The notes: a model not told the origin generated them from the sequence alone. Counted from the stretch's first letter, positions 9,936 through 19,613 are shown. The stretch is DNA of 64,000 bases from Candidatus Bathyarchaeia archaeon (GCA_035935655.1 DASYWW010000046.1:90709-154708), one strand, 5' to 3'. Numbers and translations: made by a program.

Positions 9936-11417
9936 ATGCTTAAGCAGAGGCGTTTGTTATGCGATTCTGTGATTTCTACCAAGGACCTAGGCGAGGAACT
10001 CGCGAAGATATCTCTCGATCTTGCGAAGAGAGAGAACGCAAGCTATGCTGAGTTGAGGCTTGTTAACACTCGATCCGAGGCTGTTAGCGTCGTAAACGAG
10101 AATCCGGCCAGCGAAGAAGCGAGCACGATTGGCGTTGGAATTCGCGTTCTCTACAGGGATCTGGGCTGGGGATTCGCTGATACGGACGAACTCGAACATG
10201 ATAGCATAGGAGAGACAACCAAGAAGGCGCTCGCTCTCGCCAGGGGCGCGTCCAAACTCGGGATAAAAGTCACTCGCGCCTCGGAGCCCGTTCATGTCGA
10301 CAAGTGGGCCACACCGGTCAAGAAGGACCCGTTCCGCGTCCCAACCGAGACCAAGTACGAACTTCTCCAAGATACAACCAAGCGGATGAAGGAAAACGAC
10401 GTTGTGGCCAGAAGAGGTCAGATGACGTTTGATTTTATCGAGAAGTATTTTGCGAATTCAGAAGGGTCGAAGATATTCCAAACTCTCTCCTACGCGGGCG
10501 TATCGGTTATCGTTGCCGCAAAGGGACCTACAGGTGTCCAGAGGCGATCAGTTCAACAGAACGCTGGCGGTGGCTATGAGCTCATTGACGAGATGGACCT
10601 TCCCGGACAGGCAGTGGAGATTACAAAAGACGTCCTAGCGCTCACTCATGCGCCAACTATCAACGAGGGAAAGTCAGACATTATTCTCAGCGGAGACCAG
10701 GTTGCATTGCAGGTGCACGAGTCCTGCGGTCATCCAATAGAGCTCGACAGGGTTCTAGGTTACGAGGCGAACTTCGCGGGCCGAAGCTTTCTACAACCTG
10801 ACCAGTTGGGTAAGCTCCAGTATGGATCAGAACACGTGAACATAGTAATGGACGCAACCCTCGACCATGGGAACGGACTAGGAACCTTCGGCTACGACGA
10901 CGAGGGAGTGAAGGCTCAGCGAAAATATGCTGTCAAGAATGGAAAGTTCGTGGGATATCTTATGTCCCGAGAAACCGCCCCGAGAGTTGGAGAGACCCGG
11001 AGCAACGGATGCATGCGAGCAGAATATTACAAGCTTCCAATTATCAGAATGACCAACGTCAGTCTGGAACCCGGAGACTGGGACTATGATGAAATGATAG
11101 AGGATACACGTGACGGGTACCTTATGGTCACAAACTATGGCTGGAGCATTGACCAGAAGAGGTACAACTTCCAGTTCAACACCGAGAAAGGCTACAGGAT
11201 AAAGAATGGAAGTATTGGAGAAATGGTCAGAGGACCCACCTACGCCGGCATAACACCCGAGTTCTGGAACTCCTGCGATGCCATCGCCAACAAGAAGAGT
11301 TGGGTGCTGTGGGGAACGCCCAATTGCGGAAAAGGCCAGCCCGGTCAGACAATGATCACGGGCCACGGTGCCTCACCTAGCAGGTTTAGGAACATCCGAG
11401 TTTTTGGAGCATCTTAG
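9936..11417 (+). CDS. tldD: TldD metalloprotease subunit
   Basis: HESCGHPIELDR zinc motif, GYDDEG, RMTN and CGKGQPGQ. Confidence 0.93.
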   Translation: MLKQRRLLCDSVISTKDLGEELAKISLDLAKRENASYAELRLVNTRSEAVSVVNENPASEEASTIGVGIRVLYRDLGWGFADTDELEHDSIGETTKKALALARGASKLGIKVTRASEPVHVDKWATPVKKDPFRVPTETKYELLQDTTKRMKENDVVARRGQMTFDFIEKYFANSEGSKIFQTLSYAGVSVIVAAKGPTGVQRRSVQQNAGGGYELIDEMDLPGQAVEITKDVLALTHAPTINEGKSDIILSGDQVALQVHESCGHPIELDRVLGYEANFAGRSFLQPDQLGKLQYGSEHVNIVMDATLDHGNGLGTFGYDDEGVKAQRKYAVKNGKFVGYLMSRETAPRVGETRSNGCMRAEYYKLPIIRMTNVSLEPGDWDYDEMIEDTRDGYLMVTNYGWSIDQKRYNFQFNTEKGYRIKNGSIGEMVRGPTYAGITPEFWNSCDAIANKKSWVLWGTPNCGKGQPGQTMITGHGASPSRFRNIRVFGAS

Positions 11418-11419
11418 CC

Positions 11420-12820
11420 ATGTCACAGGAGATGGAGCGCCCGTCTGCTTCTCTCAAAGAGAGAGCCCACAAGATCTTCAGTATTGCAAAGAGTGTGGCG
11501 GGAAAGGCTGAGGCAGAGATAATACTCGTGTCCCGAGTTGACGAGTACCTTCGATTCGGAAATAATGAACTCGCACAATCACAGTATAGCACCAGTAGAA
11601 ACCTGTCCGTGAGGATCGCGTCCGAGAAGAAACAAGGACGAGTCACAACGGGCACCTTGGACAAGGCCTCGATCGAGACTACTGTTGCCAAGGCTCTCAG
11701 CCAAGCCCGCAATTCACCGGAAGACCCCGATTATCTGCCAATGCCGGGCCCACAGAAATACCAATCAGTCAACCGATACAGCGAGAAAACTGTCGAGGCT
11801 CCGGCCGAGCTGAAAGCAGGCCACATCGGCTCCGCAATCGATCTCGCCAAGAAAAACCACCTTCTTGCCTCTGGCGTTCTCGGAACTAGCGTTGAACACG
11901 TGACGATGCTCAACACATCCGGACTCGAAGCATCCTATCGAGGATCAGGTGGATACTTTTCGTTGACAATGGACGCCGACAACGGTAACCAGACAGGTTA
12001 CGCCCTGTCAACCTTTGGCGATATCGGCGAGCTGGACCCGGGCAAGGTCTCACAGACCGCTCTCGAAAGGGCCAAGCTGAACAAGAACCAAGCCGACATC
12101 GCTCCAGGAAAGTTCGACATTGTTGTTGATCCTTATGCGTGGAGCGAGATGCTAGCATACTTCGCCGTATCCGCATCCACAGGCAACAGTCCCGATCTGG
12201 GAATGCGACAGTACAAGGAAGGAAGAAGCTATCTCTCAGGCAGACTGGGAGAGAAGATTCTCGGCGACAACATCAGCATAGACGACGACGTTTATGATCC
12301 AAACCAGGCCGGGCCGCCATTCGACGGAGAAGGCTGCCAGAAGAACAAAGTCTCTCTTATCGAAAACGGGGTATTTCGAAACGTGGTATCCTCCCGAATA
12401 TCCCAACACCGCTATGGTGCAGCCCCGACAGGTCACGAGCTGCCATTGCCAAACCCCTTGGGCGAGCTACCCACCAACCTCGTAATTCGAGGCAAAGGAG
12501 CTACCAAGACCTCGGAGGAGCTAATTGGAGAGCTTGACAAGGGGCTATTGATTACCAGATTCTGGTACGTACGAGAAACAGAGCCTAGGACCAAGACCGT
12601 GACCGGCATGACGAGGGACGGCACGTTTTTGGTAGAGAATGGCGAGATAAAGAGGCCGGTGAAGAACCTGCGGTTCAACCAGAGCCTCTTGGAACTATTC
12701 AACAAGGTCGACGCTGTATCCGAGCCAGTGCGTAACTTCTCCGAGTTCCAGCAGTTCCGAATCCTGCAACCAGGTATTCTGGCAAGGGACTTTAACTTCA
12801 CAAGCGTCTCTCCTTTCTAA
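11420..12820 (+). CDS. pmbA: TldE/PmbA partner subunit
   Basis: PFDGEG and TGMTRDGTFLVENGEI...NLRFN, no HExxH; directly follows tldD. Confidence 0.88.
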   Translation: MSQEMERPSASLKERAHKIFSIAKSVAGKAEAEIILVSRVDEYLRFGNNELAQSQYSTSRNLSVRIASEKKQGRVTTGTLDKASIETTVAKALSQARNSPEDPDYLPMPGPQKYQSVNRYSEKTVEAPAELKAGHIGSAIDLAKKNHLLASGVLGTSVEHVTMLNTSGLEASYRGSGGYFSLTMDADNGNQTGYALSTFGDIGELDPGKVSQTALERAKLNKNQADIAPGKFDIVVDPYAWSEMLAYFAVSASTGNSPDLGMRQYKEGRSYLSGRLGEKILGDNISIDDDVYDPNQAGPPFDGEGCQKNKVSLIENGVFRNVVSSRISQHRYGAAPTGHELPLPNPLGELPTNLVIRGKGATKTSEELIGELDKGLLITRFWYVRETEPRTKTVTGMTRDGTFLVENGEIKRPVKNLRFNQSLLELFNKVDAVSEPVRNFSEFQQFRILQPGILARDFNFTSVSPF

Positions 12821-12925
12821 CCAGCCTAACCAGATCCAGCGTAGTCTCGAAAGAACTTCCCGGGGACGGGACCTCTCGGTTCTAGAAAACTCATACTTCG
12901 CCCTGGAATCCATTCTCCGTGAGCC

Positions 12926-13765
12926 TTGACCTATAGGAAGGAGTATGTTCTAGGCATTCTATCGCTGATGCCTCTTCTTGCCGCGGGCACCTACAAGGGA
13001 CTGGGCTGGCTTGTCACAATTATAGTTGTATACGTGGGCATTCCGGTCCTCATCTGGAGCCTAGTAGTCGACCGTCTTGTATTCGTCGTCATCTGGACAA
13101 TTCGTCATTTCCGTCAGTCGTCGGGTCACCAGTACTATTTCGAGAGGCCAGTCGGACCTCCGGGTTTCTCTCGTCGTATCCTAAGGGATTTTCGTGTTCT
13201 ATTGTTCGTGTTTGTCCTGTCGGCGATAGTTGTTCCTCAGATAACTGATGTTAGCCCCGCGAACATCGCGATTGTCAGCAACGCGTTCGTGTATGTAGCC
13301 ATCTTTATCCTCGCGGTCCCATCCTCGATACACGTACTGTTCTGGGTCCTCGAAGACTCAGGATTACGATGTCACAATCCGAAGAGGGTCACCGTTACGG
13401 CTCCAGGGGCATGGATGTCGAACTGGCTGGCGTCAGTCGGAAGCCTCGGTGCATTCCTCACCTTCGCAGTGTCCTTGGGAGGAAGTCTCGACAAGGCGAT
13501 CGCGCTCACCACAACGCTGCTAGCCTCCCTACTACCCTCCTGCATTCTCGCTCCAACTCTCTTCTATCGAAGAGTCGAGCCAGGCATTCTAGCGAAGGTT
13601 AGGGAGAGCAAGACAGCTATGGCCATGGCACATCTCTTCACCCCTCCCGCCGGTCCCAGCATGCCCTCGTCCTATCCCCCCAGCTCACCAGCTCCGTTCA
13701 GACAAACTCCAGTTACCGGGCCGATTAGCAGGAAAGAGTCGCAGTCTGGAGCGCCATCTGGCTAG
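12926..13765 (+). CDS. hypothetical multi-pass membrane protein with a Pro/Ser-rich tail
   Basis: several hydrophobic segments in a 279-aa ORF. Confidence 0.7.
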   Translation: MTYRKEYVLGILSLMPLLAAGTYKGLGWLVTIIVVYVGIPVLIWSLVVDRLVFVVIWTIRHFRQSSGHQYYFERPVGPPGFSRRILRDFRVLLFVFVLSAIVVPQITDVSPANIAIVSNAFVYVAIFILAVPSSIHVLFWVLEDSGLRCHNPKRVTVTAPGAWMSNWLASVGSLGAFLTFAVSLGGSLDKAIALTTTLLASLLPSCILAPTLFYRRVEPGILAKVRESKTAMAMAHLFTPPAGPSMPSSYPPSSPAPFRQTPVTGPISRKESQSGAPSG

Positions 13766-13777
13766 CCAAAAGCAAGG

Positions 13778-13970
13778 AAGAAATCGCCCATTATCGGCCC
13801 TGATCACGATTCTGGTAGTACCCCCGGATTCTGTCACAGAATCGTTCGGGAATCGTTATGATGACCCCTGCAAACGTCCTCTCAGCGAAGCCTGAATCGC
13901 GCCCCGAATCAGCAGACTCGCCCAGAATCATGCCAGACAGGAAATTTCTTCTAGAAAAAGGGGGTACTAG
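13778..13970. repeat. dispersed ~190-bp non-coding element, copy 1
   Basis: shares colinear blocks with the reverse complement of 26429-26612; 8 GANTC sites; internal inverted repeats. Confidence 0.75.
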
Positions 13971-14014
13971 TGAGTTGACGTCGCGACGCGAGAGCGGTTA
14001 GCGAAGCTCTCGTG

Positions 14015-14539
14015 CTAGGTTACCGTAAAAGTGGCGACTACAGTTTTCGAGTAGATATTTGCTTGAAGAAGCCCGAGAAGGCTCACATGAGCTGTAATGC
14101 CTACATTGATCACGTAGGAACCAGAGACTCTAACGCCCTGATCGATCGACAGATAGACTGTATGCGTCCTGGTACCCAATCCGCCAGTGACGGTGGTGTT
14201 TCCCAGGTCCACTGTCTGACCTGACGGATTCGTCAACTTCAGGTCCATTAGGATGCTGGTATTGCCGTTTGAGCTGGATACGCTGGTATCACTTGTTCTG
14301 ACCATTCCTCCTGCGCGGATCGAAAAATAGTACTCATAAGCTGTGATCAATGAGACATTCGCGCTCGCCTGAGTCGTTGAGAGCGACCCTGTGGTCTCGC
14401 CGAAGACAACTTTGGAAACTGGAACCATCAAGCCTCCTGCCAAAGCTGGAGGAATAACTAGAACAATAGCGGCGACCATAATCACCAGGAGTACTAGAAG
14501 ACCTCTCCTCTTCGCTTTCTTGGCCGCAGAAGCTGACAT
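14015..14539 (-). CDS. membrane-anchored or secreted Ser/Thr-rich beta-sandwich-like protein
   Basis: basic N-terminus and TM helix followed by a beta-strand-rich domain; ATG 14539 preferred as start. Confidence 0.7.
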   Translation of the reverse strand: MSASAAKKAKRRGLLVLLVIMVAAIVLVIPPALAGGLMVPVSKVVFGETTGSLSTTQASANVSLITAYEYYFSIRAGGMVRTSDTSVSSSNGNTSILMDLKLTNPSGQTVDLGNTTVTGGLGTRTHTVYLSIDQGVRVSGSYVINVGITAHVSLLGLLQANIYSKTVVATFTVT

Positions 14540-14611
14540 TTCTGAGAGTGTTTTGTTAAGTGGTGAGGATTTTAGACTTGTGCAGATACAGCCACTCAAG
14601 ATTCCTGACGG

Positions 14612-15133
14612 CTACCAACGAGTCCTCTTGATTCCTAGCACGTATGCTCCGTAGTTCGTTCCGAGATGAATAGGCGGGGTCACAAGTACGACGATTAGAA
14701 TTGACGGCCAACTCAACGGAAAGACTAGTTGTCCGAGGAGTAGACCACCGAATACGAAATCTAGCTGGTCCACGATCGGGAGCGGGCTTCCCGGTCTTAT
14801 CCTGAATCGTCTTTTGAAAAAAGCGCCCAGAATGTCCCCGAGAACTGTCCCTAACCCGATCATGAACCCGCCCAGTAGAAGTCGGCCGTCAACTGGGGAT
14901 TCAGCAAGCCCTATTACGGACCCAGCTATGATTCCCGCGAACAGTCCTCTGATCGTCTTGTGTGAGCCAAGAATCCTTTCACCGTCGAGAAAGTTTTTTC
15001 CTCCATCTAGCGGAGTTCCGCCGCCGAGGAGAAGCGGGGCGGCGTTCGCCACATAAGATGGCCCTATGAACAATAACGCATCTAGAAATATTCCCAGACA
15101 GAATCCCCTAGAGCTTGGACCACTCCGGTCCAT
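14612..15133 (-). CDS. carS: CDP-archaeol synthase
   Basis: PSYVANAAP, PLDGG...DGERILGSHKTIRG, GDILGAFFKRR and DQLDF. Confidence 0.93.
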   Translation of the reverse strand: MDRSGPSSRGFCLGIFLDALLFIGPSYVANAAPLLLGGGTPLDGGKNFLDGERILGSHKTIRGLFAGIIAGSVIGLAESPVDGRLLLGGFMIGLGTVLGDILGAFFKRRFRIRPGSPLPIVDQLDFVFGGLLLGQLVFPLSWPSILIVVLVTPPIHLGTNYGAYVLGIKRTRW

Positions 15134-15156
15134 CTTTGACAGTTATGAACCAAGCG

Positions 15157-15843
15157 CTAGACATCTTCTAACCCACTCTCACCTATTCGAAACAATGTCC
15201 GCGGACCTCTAACCTCTCTACCATCAATCTTCTCAAGGAGGCCTTCCCTCGTATCCCGTCTAGGAGTCGGGCGCAGTCTCAAAATGAGATGCGACCAGTG
15301 TCGCAACGTCCTCGTTGCGACTGGAGCGATAAGCCAATTCCCGCGACTCGGCTGGCCATGAACCTGTCCAGTCAAAAGGATCGTAAGTTCGAATCTCAAA
15401 GCGAGGTCGGAAAGGTAGGCCAGCTGCCTGTTCAGCTCGCGATTATTGAGAAAAGCCATCCCAGGCTTCTCAATATCGGCACGGTAGAGACCTGTCACAG
15501 AGTCAACGATCAACAAGGCCGGAGTTTTTGACAGCATTGCCTCCAAGCTCTCCGTTATCCGGACCTGTTCTCGAAAGTCTTCTGGCTGAAACACGACAAT
15601 GTTCTCGGAAAGCTCTCTTCCTCGGTCCAGGGATTCGAGCCTCTGAACCGAAAATGAAAGATCAGCGTCAACAAAGAAAACCTTGAAGCCAATCGCCGCG
15701 GCCGCCAACGCGGATTGCAGGGCCAAAACCGTCTTCCCAGTCGACGCTTCCCCATACACCAGGTTGATTTTTCTACGAGCAAAACCGCCCTTCAGCAAAC
15801 GGTCCAGGCCACTGTTCCCCGTGCTCACCCGTTCCATTACCAA
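15157..15843 (-). CDS. radB: RadB/RecA-family recombination ATPase
   Basis: STGNSGLDRLLKGG, YGEASTGKT, LLIVDSVTGLYR; short, lacking the RadA N-terminal domain. Confidence 0.8.
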   Translation of the reverse strand: MVMERVSTGNSGLDRLLKGGFARRKINLVYGEASTGKTVLALQSALAAAAIGFKVFFVDADLSFSVQRLESLDRGRELSENIVVFQPEDFREQVRITESLEAMLSKTPALLIVDSVTGLYRADIEKPGMAFLNNRELNRQLAYLSDLALRFELTILLTGQVHGQPSRGNWLIAPVATRTLRHWSHLILRLRPTPRRDTREGLLEKIDGREVRGPRTLFRIGESGLEDV

Positions 15844-15909
15844 GAATCAACAGGTCTGGGGAGACCAACGCTTCACTAGATTGAATAACTCTGCCTAGGA
15901 GGAAGATAC

Positions 15910-16998
15910 TTCCCACAATCTACGCTTCAAAAGGAAAAGACCCTTCTCATTGACGGCCCCGCCTCGTTTGCTCTGGAAGAGGGAGCGGCTACTTCGCTCG
16001 GCGCCCCGATTCGAATCGGCGACGCAATCGTCGTCGCAAAACATCGAAGGTTCGCAATAGAGACCAATGCGGACGCTTTGTTTCAAGTCAGAATTGGAGC
16101 GGAAGGCGTTTGTAGACAAGTCAACGGTTCGACTATTCCCAAGAGCTGGCGAGACGCCGCGGGCGCTCTCAGACAATCGCGAGGATTCGCTGTTATTCTG
16201 GGAGATGTCGACTCGGGAAAGTCAACACTCTGCACATACCTCGCTAACAATTGCGTCGACCAAAGGATTCGGACGGGAATCATTGATGGGGATGTTGGAC
16301 AAGCGGACATCGGTCCACCAACAACCACTAGTTCCTCAATCGTTTCGAAGTACATCTTTAACCTCCAAGAACTAAGACCTGAAACGTCATATTTCATCGG
16401 CGACACCAGTTCCTCTTCAGTACCCGACAAGCTTGTACAATCACTCGTCCGTCTCAAAGATGAAGTCTCAAGACAAAACGAGATCACGATCCTAAACACT
16501 GACGGTTGGGTGCGAGAAAAGGAAGCGATCCAGCACAAGCTCAACCTCCTAAGCAGCCTCCAGCCAGATCTCGTCCTTAGCCTAAGCCTCGATCACGAGC
16601 TCGACCGCGTTCTTGAATTGCAGAAATATCAGACTCTGCATCTTGAGGCCTCAAGCTTTGCGCGGACAAGAACTAGGGAAGAAAGAAAGAAGGCAAGACA
16701 AGAAGGATACAGACGATTTCTCCAGAACGCCAAACAACTAGATCTTAGACTCAACACCATCAAGCTGAGAATGTTCGACAAGCCTCGACAACAAAGAATC
16801 GATCATGAAGCAACATACAAGGGAACTATTGCAGGACTAATCGACGAAAACGGAGCCCTGCTCTCGATAGGGAGGATTGTACGAATCCTCAACGGCTCTG
16901 TGCGTATGACAGCCAGGGCTGAGGAGCGGCCAAGAGTCGTTGAGCTTGGAGCTGTTATTTTGTCTCCAAGATTCGAGGAGGTTGGGTACGAGCCCTAG
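15910..16998 (+). CDS. Clp1/Grc3-family polynucleotide 5'-hydroxyl kinase; N-terminus extends beyond the predicted 16078 start
   Basis: GDVDSGKST, DGDVGQADIGPP and NTDGW; frame open from 15889 and encoding KTLLIDGPAS. Confidence 0.85.
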   Translation, partial: FPQSTLQKEKTLLIDGPASFALEEGAATSLGAPIRIGDAIVVAKHRRFAIETNADALFQVRIGAEGVCRQVNGSTIPKSWRDAAGALRQSRGFAVILGDVDSGKSTLCTYLANNCVDQRIRTGIIDGDVGQADIGPPTTTSSSIVSKYIFNLQELRPETSYFIGDTSSSSVPDKLVQSLVRLKDEVSRQNEITILNTDGWVREKEAIQHKLNLLSSLQPDLVLSLSLDHELDRVLELQKYQTLHLEASSFARTRTREERKKARQEGYRRFLQNAKQLDLRLNTIKLRMFDKPRQQRIDHEATYKGTIAGLIDENGALLSIGRIVRILNGSVRMTARAEERPRVVELGAVILSPRFEEVGYEP

Positions 16999-17465
16999 AT
17001 CGAGTAGGCGTCAGGAATCGAGTACACGTAGATCGTATGCTCGTTGTAGTTCTCTTTCCTCGAGGGCTTCCAACCGTTTATCATGAAATCATGGCTCACA
17101 ATCCTCGAGCCAGGTCGTGCCTCGGATCTCAGCTTAGGTTTCAACCGTTCGTTAGCATAGGTGGTAAGATACAGAGTGATCAGGGTTGCGTCTTTCAGAT
17201 CTGCCTGAAACAGGTCCTTGTTGAAGATCCTCACCCTCTCGACCAGGTTCAGCTTATCAACTTCGCCAGACGCCTGTTTGAACAGGTCCTCCCTGATCTC
17301 ATAACCGACTGCGGATTTGATACCGAAATCCTTGACGGCTGTAGTCAGAATGCGACCGTCGCCGCATCCAAGGTCACAGAGAACGTCGTCCTTGCTTGCT
17401 CTAGCGACTTCCAGCATCTTCTTGACCACATCGTGTGGCGATGATACAAATGGTGCGCAACTCAT
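16995..17465 (-). CDS. class I SAM-dependent methyltransferase
   Basis: APFVSSP, DLGCGDGRI and PGSRIVSHDF. Confidence 0.9.
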   Translation of the reverse strand: MSCAPFVSSPHDVVKKMLEVARASKDDVLCDLGCGDGRILTTAVKDFGIKSAVGYEIREDLFKQASGEVDKLNLVERVRIFNKDLFQADLKDATLITLYLTTYANERLKPKLRSEARPGSRIVSHDFMINGWKPSRKENYNEHTIYVYSIPDAYSI

Positions 17466-17633
17466 TATTTTCACTATCTGGTCCGATGTGAAGTGCAAGC
17501 GGGATTCAAGCTATTTTAACTCTCCCCCCGAAAAACGGGCTATTTTCGTCCGCAGATGAATTGCAATCCTACTTCTCGCAACATGTGATGCTGTCGTGAA
17601 TGATTCCTTCAACAGGTCCGTTTCAGATACAGA

Positions 17634-17927
17634 ATGCTCATTACACATGATGAAGGTGAAGACTGCAGAGACGAGTTAGGCGTGCCGAGAAGAAAAGAAC
17701 GGCTCACAATCAAGCCCTCAGCAGACAAGTTCGAAGGGACTGTTCAGATCAGGCAACGGCATGACCCACAAGAGCTCAAGATCTACATCAAACAATTATC
17801 GAAAGCTTTGAAGTTCCTGCCACTTGGAAGCCGAGCCTACTACGCTGTTACTGGAGAACTCCTCAGAGCAAGTACCCAGCTGAAAGGCCTATTCCCATCT
17901 GGTTCTACGGTGAAAGGCGAGCATTAG
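17634..17927 (+). CDS. hypothetical protein
   Basis: 97-aa ORF filling an intergenic gap; no motif recognised. Confidence 0.5.
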   Translation: MLITHDEGEDCRDELGVPRRKERLTIKPSADKFEGTVQIRQRHDPQELKIYIKQLSKALKFLPLGSRAYYAVTGELLRASTQLKGLFPSGSTVKGEH

Positions 17928-18045
17928 CTTACGCTGCTTGAAAGATGATCAAACACGCGATGTTCGAGCCCACAACCTTGTCCTAAGAGAGCTTTCGAAA
18001 TAACTATAAGCCACAGAGCCCGCGAGAGCCAGAAAGCGTTCCTTC

Positions 18046-18834
18046 ATGGCTTCTCAAACGCTCGGTGACACTAGGATACACGAGCTCGCACAAGTCGAAC
18101 TAAAGGAACCGGTCCTGATCCAAGGCCTCCCCGGTCTCGGCTATGTGGGAAAGGTCGCGGTCGACTATTTCATCGAAAAACTCAAACCTCGGAAAATTGC
18201 TGAGCTGTACTCGAGCTACCTCCTCTTCCCCGACGGCAATCTCGGCATCAACATCTCGGAAGACGGGACGTACTCTCTTCCACGATACGAATTCTACGGT
18301 TACGGTGAGCAAAATCCTAACGTAATTCTTCTCACTGGTGACGCTCAGCCAAGCGTAACGGGTCAGTATGAGGTCGCAAGCATCGTTCTAGATTTCGCGC
18401 AACGATTCGGGTCCAACGCAGTTTATACCATGGGTGGATACGGCACCCGTTCCGGAAATGATGTCGGAGCTGTCTATGCTGTCGTTGGAGAGGCCACGCT
18501 AGGTGAACGGTTGAGAAAAATGGGAGCAAAACTTGCGAAAGGAGGCGCGGTCACGGGAGCTGCTGGAGTAATACTTGGTATTGGTCGACAACGTGGCCTG
18601 CAGTGCGCAGGCCTGCTGGGTGCAACGACAGGTGCCTATCCGGATCTGGAAGCAGCTAGAGCTGTCATCCAAATGTTGACCGGTCTAGTGAGTATTCCAG
18701 TGGACTTGAAAGAGTTGGATACCGAGATTGAGGACATGCGCAAAAAGATGGAACGCTTCAGACACGCGGAAGTTGAAGAATCCAAGGAGGGCGAAGAGAG
18801 GCCTGAGGAAGGAAAGGATCGATACATTACCTAG
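18046..18834 (+). CDS. PAC2-family proteasome assembly chaperone
   Basis: LIQGLPGLGYVGKVAVDY, LLTGDAQP, TMGGY, PDLEAAR and C-terminal YIT. Confidence 0.9.
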   Translation: MASQTLGDTRIHELAQVELKEPVLIQGLPGLGYVGKVAVDYFIEKLKPRKIAELYSSYLLFPDGNLGINISEDGTYSLPRYEFYGYGEQNPNVILLTGDAQPSVTGQYEVASIVLDFAQRFGSNAVYTMGGYGTRSGNDVGAVYAVVGEATLGERLRKMGAKLAKGGAVTGAAGVILGIGRQRGLQCAGLLGATTGAYPDLEAARAVIQMLTGLVSIPVDLKELDTEIEDMRKKMERFRHAEVEESKEGEERPEEGKDRYIT

Positions 18835-18933
18835 CCGAGAAATTCTGTCTCCCTCACATACAAGTTATCGATGCTTCTCTGTTCCCTTCGCTCTTATAGC
18901 AAGAGAATTACCGAGGAGTGAGTTGAGAGAAAA

Positions 18934-19287
18934 TTGCTCGAAGCAAGTTTGGAACTGAACGGCGCAGTCCACAAGGTGAGCCTCCTTCCGGTAGAAAACG
19001 CGGTCCTCGCCTTTTTCTACGAAGACAAAATCAAAATCGGCACTTTGGCCGTTTCGACCCCAGGATTGCGCGAGGGAGGACCAGGGACCTCATCTGTTCT
19101 TCTTGGCGGGAAATACCTGATCGTTGCAAGAGCCCTATCTGAGAGGGTCGCTGCAGTCTACAACAAGATGAGCATAATATCGATAAACACTAAACTTTCG
19201 GAAGGCGAGGCACTCCGTCTCTACGCGAGCCTCTTTGACAAGGCTCGGTCTGGACCAGGTGCCGACTCAGGTTCTCCTAAAGATTGA
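18934..19287 (+). CDS. small alpha/beta protein, possibly PAC4-like proteasome chaperone
   Basis: KIGTLAVSTP...SSVLLGG...ARALSERVA pattern recalled for PAC4-like proteins; follows the PAC2 gene. Confidence 0.5.
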   Translation: MLEASLELNGAVHKVSLLPVENAVLAFFYEDKIKIGTLAVSTPGLREGGPGTSSVLLGGKYLIVARALSERVAAVYNKMSIISINTKLSEGEALRLYASLFDKARSGPGADSGSPKD

Positions 19288-19369
19288 AGAGGAAACCTAC
19301 TGCGATCGTGATTACTGCAGCAGCGAAGGTAATCGCTGCCACAGTATCATCCAGTCTCTCAACGCTCAT
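19277..19369 (-). CDS. putative 30-aa single-TM microprotein
   Basis: MSVERLDDTVAAITFAAAVITIAVGFLFNL*; ATGA-coupled to an upstream 26-aa ORF (19366-19446). Confidence 0.4.
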   Translation of the reverse strand: MSVERLDDTVAAITFAAAVITIAVGFLFNL

Positions 19370-19613
19370 CGAATCGTCATCCTGCGGGTTATCATTGAGA
19401 GAATGGTCTGCACAGTAGTCGAGTACGTCGGCTTGTTATCGGACATTTTTTCTCACTGAGACAGAGTTGAGGTCTAGGCTGGCGTTATCCTCTCCGTAAC
19501 AACGCGACCTCCTCGTTTCCTTCCGCGATTCTTTAATAGGAAAGAAAGGATTTTGACGTGTTGCCTGTCGCGTGCTCTCTCGACTAGAGTGTTGGCTCTA
19601 GAGTTGGTGGGAG

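Noticed and set aside
9936..12820. tldD-pmbA as part of a RiPP biosynthetic cluster
   Set aside because: No adjacent precursor peptide, YcaO or radical SAM gene; the pair is common as a stand-alone housekeeping module.
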